A stretch of DNA of 64,000 bases from Malacoraja senta. Taxonomy: Eukaryota. Shown one piece after another: positions 1-10,159 of the stretch. Position 1 is the first letter of the stretch. Each line of letters starts with the position of its first letter. The stretch spans positions 5,768,001-5,832,000 of the forward strand of contig CM075998.1 in assembly GCA_038087875.1 (NCBI GenBank), in the 5' to 3' direction. Below the pieces are notes generated by a model. The model searched no databases. It was not told the DNA's origin and saw only the letters and a program-made list of their open reading frames with translations. The position numbers were made by a program, and so were the translations under genes.

Positions 1-115
1 TGTGGACAAATTAGCTGCTGTGTTTCCAAACTTGAAATAGCGACTATACTTCAAAATATACGTCATTGGCTGTAAAATGCTTCGGGATATCGGTAAACGG
101 CTCAATAGAATTAAT
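1..115 (+). mobile_element. Old DeuSINE/AmnSINE-like (L2-type) 3' tail fragment
   Basis: aaattagctgctgtgtttcc...gactatacttcaaaa...cattggctgtaaaatgcttcggga resembles the recalled DeuSINE 3' region; similar degenerate copies near 19380-19525 and 56180-56280. Confidence 0.5.
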
Positions 116-879
116 AAGAAAAAGGAACTCTCAACAGCTGAACATCATAAGTGAGTTACTCCAGCAATTTGTGTCTACCTTCGATTTAAACCAGCATCTG
201 CAGTTCTTTCCAACACATCATAACAACAACTTGCTTTTGAATAGTGCCTTCTAATTTAGGATGTCATCACATCAGTGATCATTAAAGAACATCTCACATG
301 GAGCCTGACAAGGTGATATTAGAATAGGTAACTTCAAACCTGATCAAAGAGTAAAAAAGAGATGGCAAAACGGATGAAGGAGAGGAAGAGGTGGAGTGGT
401 TTAGGAAGGGAATTGGCATCGGGGAGTGGTGAATATGGGTCTCCTTAAAACATCAGAATGGAAAAAACACAGAGGGTTTAGGGTTGTGAGGTTTGAGGAG
501 GTAACGGTGATAGAGGTGAGAGTATCCGGAAGGATTTAAACATGTTTTGTTTAGTTCCTGTTCCAATTACAGCACCAATGTACATTTGGAAGGGAATGGA
601 TTTGAAAGCTTTTGAGTGTGATGGGCCAAATGCAGGTCAATGGAACTAGCCCAGTATACCAACTTGGTTGGCATGGACAAGGTGGATGGAAGAGGTGCTG
701 GCTCGAAGGGCCGAATGGCCTACTCCTGCACCTATTGTCAATTGTCTATATAAGAGCCTGTTTCCGTGCTGTATAGATCTACGACTCTGTTTTGAGTTAG
801 GTTGTGAGTAACAGAGCTAGAGATGAGGTCAACATTTTGAGGGCTGAAGCTGGAGAGGCTGGTGAAACAAAGTTTTGAA

Positions 880-1235
880 ACTATTATAAATAATTGGGAA
901 AAGAAAACACAAAGTGCTGGAGTAACTCAGCGGGTCAGGCTGCATCTCTGGAGGATATAGATAGGTGATGCTTTGGGTCAGACTGAAGAAGGGTCTTGAC
1001 CTTAATCTATCCATGTCCTCCAGAGATGCTTCCTGACCTGCTGAGTTACTCCAGCATTTTGTGTCTTTTTTTTGTAAATTAGCATCTGCATTTCTTTGTG
1101 TCTTTATGGTAAGCAATTGGAATGTAGAAACAAGGAACTGCAGATGCTGGTTTACACAAAAGGAAACAAAGTGTTGGAGTAACTCAGTAGGTTAGGCAGC
1201 ATCTCTGGAGAACATGAATAGGTGACGTTTCAGGT
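880..1235. mobile_element. Penelope-tail-derived repeats (palindromic pair plus one antisense copy)
   Basis: gacacaaagtgctggagtaactcagcggg arm and its reverse complement; decayed hammerhead-like core at 983. Confidence 0.7.
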
Positions 1236-1590
1236 CAGGACCCTACTTCAGAAACAAATGGGAGGGTTTTATTAGAAGCAGGAGTAGGCCATTCTGCCCA
1301 CTGCCCCAAACCTATCCAACATTCATGGTTGATTTGAATCCAATTGAGATGAGACATGAAAGCCTCTTATTTGGGGGGTAATTAAATAAGAAATGTTGTT
1401 TCTAATGGCAAGTGATAGGAACGTAAAATCATTAGGTATTTGTATTTATTGAATGATTACCTCTCCACACATGGTGTGCGTAAGTAAGTAACTACTCATT
1501 TCTCTTTGGGAGCAGGCAGTATCTAATGGAAAGTAAAATAAGGGTTTCCTCGGATTATGTCCATGTTCAGCAAGCAGTCCTTGAGAGTGC

Positions 1591-1799
1591 AGGAAGGAAC
1601 TGCAGATGCTGGTTTAAACTGAAGATTGACACAAAAAGCTGGAGTAACTCAGCGGGACAGGCAGCATCTCTGGAGAAAAAGAATGGGTGAGGTTTCAGGT
1701 CAAGACATCTGAAGAAGGGTCTCAACCCGAAACGTCACCCATTCCTTCTCTCCAGAGATGCTGCCTGTCCCGCGGAGTTACTCCAGCTTGTTGTGTCTA
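1591..1799. mobile_element. Palindromic Penelope-tail insertion with TSD
   Basis: Antisense arm followed by sense arm; flanked by tcc(t/a)tgagagtgc at 1578-1590 and 1800-1812. Confidence 0.8.
1709..1736 (+). ncRNA. Minimal hammerhead ribozyme-like motif
   Basis: CTGAAGA A GGGT ctca ACCC GAAAC GTC. Confidence 0.65.
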
Positions 1800-4170
1800 T
1801 CCATGAGAGTGCGCTACTGTGTAGTGTCCCCAGGAACAAATTGGGGTCCAGGAGAGTGTACGTTCAAGTGTTGGGCCTACTAGTGAGTTTACGTGGAACA
1901 TTAACACAAGATCCATAAGGCTGATTTGAGAAAAATAAATGATTGCCACTCTGTAGGTAATCAGTATTTTACTGCCGGCTGGAATTAGTCAGTGCTTATG
2001 GGAAAATAGAATATTTGAGTTGGAGTTACCATTTAAGTACGCTCTGAGAGGGATTATTTGTGGCTGCAATCTTTAATTGAGTCAAGGAGGCTGACGCTCA
2101 GTTTATTGAATCAATCTCAACATAAGGGCTTGGAGGCAAACCAGAATAAAACGCAATAAAATCAAGTAAATATTCACAAATAATTAGCAGGCGTCCTGTT
2201 TTAACTGTGCGCGTCTGCTCCCAGCCACTCTTGTCGTCTGCTGGGGTGTTAATGTATAACTTTCAGGGCAAGTTAGGACTAGCAACGAGAGCCCATGCAG
2301 AGAGAGGGTGGAATACTCCTGGACACAGCTTCAAGCGTGGGTGTGAGGGGGTTAACACTCACTTGCACAAGTGTATTATTGTAGTCTAATAGCCCCCTCA
2401 ACTATAAACATACTTATGACCCAACCGTGCCTTTAAATATGGCCAATTAATGGGGGTTCGTGCCCTTTTTTGGTAAAGCCGCATTCATTCCGTTAGGAGA
2501 CGGCCAAGCGGAGTTATTTGAAGACTTTTTTTTATTTTTGACTGGCTCCAGGAGCACGTGTCATTCAATTTATTAACTCCCGTTAGAAACATTACAAAAA
2601 TATCCCAGAGTCAAGTTTGTCAGCACAGCGTCCAATTATACATTACTGATGAATGCAGGGTGTGTGTTCTGACTCACCTGTCCATCTGTAACTCCTGGGG
2701 CGTCAGCTTCCTTCCTTTTTACCTTCCATTTTCCTTTCTGTTTTTTAATCCGTTGACAACCACTTCTCATCAGCATAGGAATGGATAGGAAAGGTTTAGA
2801 GGGATATGGGTCAAACGCAGGCAGGTGCGACTAGTGTAGATGGGTCAACTTTGTCGGCATGGACGTTGGGCTGAAAGATGAGAGCACCACAAAGCAGCCC
2901 AAACCTTGCCCTCGTGGTCCATATTCAGAGGGAACTTGGGAAACCGTGTTTTATTTAGTCCCTACCCCATTTTCTGGAGTCAATATTCGCTCCTTCAATT
3001 CTGCTCTTATGCCAACTGCTTCATTCCCTTTGATGTGTTATTCCTTTTGGCTGTCGTTGATCTTTTATGTACACTTCTTCACTGAGTGGTATTTTGTTTG
3101 TGCCGTCGCTTTGTGCAATGCTGCATAAACAAGGTGGAACTTAAATCCAATTCTTCTGCAACCACATACTCAATGGCCCCCCTTTTAAACATTTATTTCT
3201 GGACACAGATTATTTTCTTGGCTGGGATCTCCCAATGCTGGCTTGAAAGAAGAGCAGTTTATTTCTGTGTATTCTATATAGATCAGCTGGATTGATTATC
3301 CAGTTCCCTGGATCTTTCCCAATGGACATTCCCTTGGGATTGTGTGAGAAGGGGCAGCTAGTCTTTAATTCTCTCTCTTTTATAAGACAGTGTTAGAAGG
3401 GCTACTTCAAACATCTGTGCCTGGATAATGTGACCATCCCAGGGGTCCCGTAGAGAGACACCTACCGTATCGCAACAGGGAATTAGTTAAGGGATAGATT
3501 GCAGAAACCATAGTGCTGTATTCGGGGCTGTGCGCAGCATAGTTTGTAGGGTGACACGTTCAATAAGCAGTCAATTTTTCAACGATTCATTGCAACTCTT
3601 AACAGCTGCTCACAACATTGAAGTATCAACATCACCACTCTGAAATAAATCATTTGCCTGGCGTGGACTGGGGCCGTAAAAGTTGAAAATGCTTTTGTCA
3701 ACACCGTTGTTTTCTTTTGGCTTGACAAGGAATGACTAAAGCAGACCAGGTGGTTTGAAGTGGTGGCCTTGTATAAAGACGTTGCAGTGAGTATGTGGAC
3801 CTGATGGTTTCGGGCAGCTGACTGAATCATGTGGGCACTTGTGGAAAGCAACATCATAACAGCTTGGTTTTTTTCTTGCCTGTAAGCAAAGAAAAACGAC
3901 GTGATTGGTCACCAACGTATCATACAGTATTTCTGCTAGGAGTGAGGGGGTGTGATGGTGGTGGGGGGGGGGGGGGGGTGATGGTGGGGATGTTGTATTC
4001 ACAGTCCACATCTGAACTCCATTGAGCTACTAAGTTCATAGATTCCCTATGACTATAGGAGCAGAATTAGGCCATTCGGCTCATCAATTCTACTACACCA
4101 TTCAATCATGGCTGATTTATCTTTCTCTCTCAACCTCATTCTCCTGCTTTTTCCCCGTATACCCTGCACT

Positions 4171-4665
4171 AGAACACCTTCGCTCAGTCCGCCTGGACCT
4201 ACCTGATCTCCCGGATGCCAAACATTTTAATTCTCCTTCCCATTCCCCCATTGAACTTTCTGTCCTAGCTCTCCTCCATTGTCAGAGTGAGGTTAATCGC
4301 AAATTGGAGGAGCAGCATCTCATATTTCACTTGGGCAGCTTACAGCCCAGTGGTATGAATATTGATTTCTCTAACGTCATGTAAACCCCAGCATTCCCTC
4401 TCTCTCTATCCCTCCCCCACCCAAGTTGCACCAGGTTCCTGTTCTCACCTAGCAAACAGCTAACAATGGCCTCTTTCCTTTATCATCATTACTTTTTTGC
4501 ATATCTTTCATTCATTGTTCTTTATCTCTCTACATCATCGTCTAAATCTCTTGTTTCCCTTTTTGCGACTTTCCGTCTGAAGAAGGGTCTCGACCCGAAA
4601 CGTCACCCATTCCTTGTCTCTAGAGATGCTGCCTATCCCGCTGAGTTACTCCAGCATTTGTGCCT
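4171..4665 (+). mobile_element. Penelope-like element 3' fragment (GIY-YIG C-terminus plus tail)
   Basis: EHLRSVR...HFNSPSH...RKLEEQHLIFHLGSLQPSGMNIDFS matches the C-terminus of the 7226 and 49063 ORFs; followed by the hammerhead-containing tail. Confidence 0.85.
4577..4604 (+). ncRNA. Minimal hammerhead ribozyme-like motif
   Basis: CTGAAGA A GGGT ctcg ACCC GAAAC GTC. Confidence 0.65.
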
Positions 4666-6531
4666 ATAATTGATAGGGTGATACAGGTGTCCCACCCCAC
4701 CTCTCTTTCCCAGCTTTCTCGCCCCTAATCCTATCAGTATGTAAAAGGGTCCTGACCCGAAACATTGCCTGTCCATTCCCTCCACAGATGCTGCCTGACC
4801 TGCTGAGTTCCTCCAGTATTTTATGCTTTGTACAAGATTCCAGCATCTGCAGTTTCTTGTGCGTATCTCTGAATTTTATTGACGTTTGGAATCTGGTGGT
4901 ACAATAATCATCTTCACATTGATTAATGGGGCACATCCTTAAAAAAACATAGCTCATATTACAATTAATTCTCCATGTACTGTATATTGTTTCCATAATA
5001 GGGCATCTGTTCATCATTTCAAATGATACAGCACAGAAAGAGGCCGCTATGCTTATCATGCCCATGCCAATCCTTTCAAATTGCTGTATAGTCACTGAAA
5101 ATGTATTTCTAATTCACCACACTCACTCGCTTGCTGTGGCACTGCAAATGTTCCCTTTTAAGTGTACATGTGATTCCGTCTTTGGAAGTTACAATTCAAT
5201 TAGCTTTCAGGCAGTGCACTTCATGCCATGACAACTTGTGGCATTGATCCTTTTTGGCTTCATCCCCCCTCTGGTTCTTCTGTACTTATCTTAAACAAAC
5301 CTTCTTGCCAATGGAAACAGCTATTCTTATTTACCCTGTCAAAAACCTTTGACAGTTTTGGCCATCAGGATTAAATCTCCCCTCAACTGTCAGTTTAAGA
5401 AGAACCATTATGACCGTTTTAGGCTCTCTCCATAACTGAAGTCTCTTATCAACAGTCTACACCCTTAACCTTCCCAAACTGTAATGCCTTGAATTGCAGC
5501 ACTCCAGTCGGGATCTGATCAGTTATATAAAGGTTGAGCATAGCTTCCTTGCTTGTACATTTATCAAAAAAAATCAACCTATGAATTTATATCTCTGTCC
5601 AATGAATCATAATGCTGTCGAGTTCAATTTAGCGATCTAATTGTAAAACCAGAGACCACTCCCTGTTCGACGATTCAATACTAGACTGGTTACATTTTAG
5701 GCACTGCTAGCAGATCAGCCCTCCTAATAGTGCAAGGAGCTCTTGCAGCTTCTTATCATCAGGGTTGAGGCCATTCATTCAGCTGCCGTGCTCATTCCCC
5801 CCTGCTCTGCCTTTGTCATGGATTCGCATCTTTCCCCAGGTTCACTCTTACCATTCCTGTTTCAATATAACTGTTGCTTGCAAGGATACAGGAGAGGGCA
5901 GTTGGTCTTCAGCTACAGGAAGACCTTAACTGGCAAGGCGGCAGGTTTCTGACCCTACAGAACAGGGCACACCTTCACAGTCATGATTGATGCCCATTTA
6001 TGTTTCAAATATACCAAACAAATTGAATTTAAATTCCCCAGCTACCCTCATGGGATCTGAGCTTGTGTCTCCATATTGATAGCCAAGCCCTCCTAACAGT
6101 GCGGAGTTTGTTCAGAGTTGCAGAGTTGATGTTCAATGCAGAGTTGATGTTCCCCTCTCCTTCCCATCTTGCATGTGCTGATTGTCCAGGGCATAGGGGT
6201 AACCCTGACAGTCGACAAATAGAATGGCATGAGATCACTTCTGTCCACCTGAAACACCTGAGCTTCTATTTAAAATCTCGTCCAATTGATGGTGCTGCGC
6301 TCTCTCAGCACTTCACTGAATGGTCCACAGTATATGTTGCAAGGAATGTTGATTGAAGTAGGGGGGAGAAACCTATAAAAGAGAGGTGTGGGTGGGAAAC
6401 AGGCTGGCAAGTAATAGGGGGATACAGGTGTCCGGCCCCTCCTCTCTATTGCAACTTGCTGCCTCCTAGCACTTTGAAGAAGGGTCCTGAGCCAAAACGT
6501 CACCTGTCCGTTCTCTCCCCAGATTGATTGA

Positions 6532-6851
6532 TTGATTGATTGATTTACAGCATGGAAACAAGCCCCTCGGCTCACCGAGTCCACGCCGACCATCGATCAC
6601 CCGTTCACACGCCAGTTCTATGTCATCCCACTTTCTCATCCACTCCCCACGCACTAGGGACAATTTACTAAGGGCCGATTAACCTACAAACCCGCACGTC
6701 TTTGGGATGTGGGAGGAAACTGGAGCACCCAGAGGGAGAACGATCACAGGGAGAACGTGCAAACTCCAGACAGACGGCTCCCGAGGTCTGGATCGAACCC
6801 GGGTCTCTGGCGCTGTGAGGCAGTAGCTCTACGAGCTGCACCACCATATGC
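6532..6851 (-). mobile_element. HE1-like tRNA-derived V-SINE
   Basis: tRNA-like head with B box (GGTTCGATCC), V-domain ggagtttgcacgttctccc, CR1-type tail ending in (aatc)n. Confidence 0.85.
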
Positions 6852-7170
6852 CACCTGACCTGCTGAGTACTCCAGCACTTTGTGCTTTGCTCAAGATTCC
6901 AGCATCTGCAGTCTCGTGTCTCTCTCTGAATTTTATTGAAGCTCAGAAACTGTTGGTACAACAGTGCTCTTTACATTGGCTGCTTGAACCCACAACCATG
7001 TGCCCAAACCAGAGAGTTGGTTATCACTCAAATGATCTGAACTCTTAACTATCTGTGTGAGGAGAAAAAAAACCTCTTTACATTATCTTGCTGTAAAGTA
7101 AGACATTCATGTCTCAACTACCTCCTCTGGCAGGTCTTTCCATGCACCTACCAAATGTAGCTGTGCATCT

Positions 7171-7226
7171 TATACAATACGATATGATACGATAGAACTT
7201 TATTTATCCCAGGAGGGAAATTAATT
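7171..7226 (-). mobile_element. Rex1/Babar-type LINE extreme 3' tail
   Basis: Reverse complement reads aatttccctcctgggataaataaagttctatcgtatc. Confidence 0.55.
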
Positions 7227-7237
7227 TGCCAATCATT

Positions 7238-8022
7238 TTCCAACGTGACCCCACCACTCGCCACATCTTCCCATCTCCCCCCATGTCTGCCTTCCGCAAA
7301 GACCGCTCCCTCCGTAACTCCCTTGTCAATTCTTCCCTTCCCTCCCATACCACCCCCTCCCCTGGTACTTTCCCTTGCAACCGCAAGAGATGCAACACTT
7401 GTCCCTTCATCTCCCCCCTCGACTCCATTCAAGGACCCAAGCAGTCGTTCCAGGTGCGACAGAGGTTCACCTGCATCTCCTCCAACCTCATCTATTGCAT
7501 CCGCTGCTCTAGATGCCAGCTGATCTACATTGGTGAGACCAAGCGGAGGCTTGGCGATCGTTTCGCCGAACACCTCCGGTCGGTCCGCAATAACCAACCT
7601 GAGCTCCCGGTGGCTCAGCACTTCAACTCCCCCTCCCATTCCGTATCTGACCTCTCTGTCCTGGGTCTCCTCCATGGCCACAGCGAGCAACACCGTAAAT
7701 TGGAGGAAATGCACCTCATATTCCGCTTGGGCAGTCTACATCCTGGGGGCTTGAACATTGAATTCTCCCAATTCTGCTAGCCCTTACTGTCCCCTCCCCT
7801 TTATCAGCCCTCTGGTTGTCTCCTCCCCTCCCCCAGCCCTCGGGCTCCTCCTCCGCCTTTTTCCTGTTTTCCTTTCTTCCCCCCACCCCCTATCAGTCTG
7901 AAGAAGGGTTTCGGCCCGAAACGTTGCCTATTTCCTTCGCTCCATAGATGCTGCTGCACCCGCTGAGTTTCTCCAGTATTTTTGTGTACCTTCGATTTTC
8001 CAGCATCTGCAGTTCCTTCTTT
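7238..8022 (+). mobile_element. 5'-truncated Penelope-like retroelement (Cys linker, GIY-YIG endonuclease, 3' tail)
   Basis: CNRKRCNTC...NLIYCIRCSRCQLIYIGETKRRLGDRFAEH, stop at 7780, pyrimidine-rich UTR, then hammerhead motif; near-identical to the copy at 48861-49946. Confidence 0.92.
7898..7925 (+). ncRNA. Minimal hammerhead ribozyme-like motif (UUCG loop variant)
   Basis: CTGAAGA A GGGT TTCG GCCC GAAAC GTT. Confidence 0.65.
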
Positions 8023-8829
8023 AACACATTATACTAATTATACTAGTTCGACAACCTAGCCAGCTCAACAAAGCTACCAGGAATCAAGAATCGGAGTGTA
8101 AAGTGGTTAAATAAACAAGGCTGACGAATATCAAGCAAAATTAAATACATTAACGGATTGATATGTATTGAGACTCTTCATTGTTAGATTGGAAAAATCC
8201 AGCCCAAAACCTGGGGAGTGGCTTGTGAACTATTGACCTAGAGAATACATTATAAGCAGAAAGATAATTAATTTAAAATTAAGAACACAAGAAAACATTG
8301 CATTTGATTCAGGAGCTGCTGAGCTGGTCATTTTGTGTGTCAGAGCATGTCTGTCAATAGCAATTTCCAATTTCAGATGATTGGAGTGTGACCTGAATTC
8401 ATAAAGGCACACTGCAGGTTACAGGCCCCTGGAGTGTGCAATTTTCATTAAGTGAATGAAAGTCTTAGATCCCAAACTAATTTCTCATAGGCCCATGAAA
8501 TTTGCCCTTTCTGTTTGTGGAACTAAAAGCCGAGTCATTATTTATCGGGGTGTGTGGGATGCCGAGAGTGGGGAGGGCAGTTGCAATGGAAGGATAGAGC
8601 GTGGGTGTCGATGTGCTGGTTCAGAATTTTAGATGAAACACCCAGGTGAAATTCTTCATTTGATCCAGCTGAGTTTCCGGTGGGATGTGATTGCACAAGA
8701 TCTTCTCTCGCATCATTTTATTACAAATGTGGGTTTAAAGTACCGTTCAAAAACATCTAGCCATGAATGAATCAAAGCAGAACGACCAGTCATGGCAGGG
8801 GAGATTCCCACGTATCACCTTTTAAAGTC

Positions 8830-9378
8830 ATACATTCATACAGCATGGAAACAGGCCCTTCAGCCCAACTTGCCCATGCCAACTAACATGCCCTATCTAC
8901 ACTAGTTACACCTGCCTGCGTTTGGCCCATATCCCTCTAATTCTATCCTAACCTGTCCTATCCATGTACCTGTCTAAATGTTTCTTAAATGTTATGATAG
9001 TACCAGCCTCAACTACCTCCTCTGGCAGTCGTTCCAAACACGCACCACCCTTTGTGTGAAAAAGTTACCCCTCAGGTTCTTATTAAATCTTTCCCCCCTC
9101 ACCTTCAACCCGTGTTCTCTGGTTCTCGATTCCCCTAATCTGGGTAAAAGACTCTGCATTTACCCAGTGTATTCCTCCCATGTGTAGGAAGGAACTGCAG
9201 ATGCTGGTTTAAACCAAAGATTGACACAGTGCTGGAGTAACTCAGCGGGACAGGCAGCATCTCTGGAGAGAAGGAATGGGTGACGTTTCAGGTCAAGACC
9301 ATTTTCACTCCTCCCATGATTTGGTATACCCGTATGATCACCCCTCATCCTCCTGCGCTTCTGCTCAACCTCTCCCTA
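8830..9378 (-). mobile_element. CR1/HER1-like LINE 3' end interrupted by a Penelope tail (about 9181-9300)
   Basis: CR1 3' region (aggtagttgaggctgg, gggcctgtttcc tail) on the minus strand. Confidence 0.8.
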
Positions 9379-9640
9379 TTGCTCAGAAAGCTATTTCCCA
9401 CAGACGTTCTCACAATGAGACCTCCCTCTGCATTGTTGCACAGTGCTGGCAGCTGTTAGGTATTCTGCTGGGAGAGGAAAGCTCAGCCACTCTTCCTGTT
9501 CCTGATGACTGTCCAGAAACAATAGCTGAGGGATTACAATAAGTGAACATATTTCAGTTATTCGTTAACTTATTTACTTATTACTTATAACTTTCACTCA
9601 TTACTTATTACTTAAGTGATCGTCAAACAGCTTTCCAGCA

Positions 9641-9953
9641 TTGTTTAACAAGGAACTGCATATGCTGGTTAAATCGAAGGTAGACACAAAATGCTGGAGA
9701 AACTCAGCGGGACAGGCAGCATCTATGGAGAGAAGGGATTGGCGACGTTTTGGGTCGAGACCCTTCTTCAGACTGATGTCAGGGGAGGGGGTAGGACAAA
9801 GAAAGAAAGTGGGGGGAGACAGTGGGACTAGTGGGAGGACTGGGAAGGGGGAGGGGAAGGAGAGAGAGAGAGAGAGAGAGCAAGGGCTATCTGAAGTTAG
9901 AGAAGTCAACGTTCATACCGCTGGGGTGTAAACTACCCAGGCGAAATATGAGG
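9641..9953 (-). mobile_element. Penelope-like 3' fragment with hammerhead-like motif (G12 mutated)
   Basis: Reverse complement encodes the LIFRLGSLHP-like C-terminus; motif at 9744-9771. Confidence 0.8.
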
Positions 9954-10159
9954 TTTTCCAGCAATGTCTGTGCACTGAGTTACTGATCGATTGGGGTTCA
10001 GAAAGGCAGATGCACCTGTGGAAGTGTTAGTTCAGTGTTTCTGCACCTTTTTGGCCCCACAACCCCATCAGACATTCTTGGTCAGTACCCTGACCCCTGA
10101 AACAAAAATTGAAAAAAAAAAACAGCCCGATTTATTAAAACATGTCTGCCAATGCTCAG

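Noticed and set aside
7148..7714. 188-aa minus-strand ORF (and the 180-aa ORF at 49129-49671)
   Set aside because: Antisense shadow of the Penelope-like ORF.
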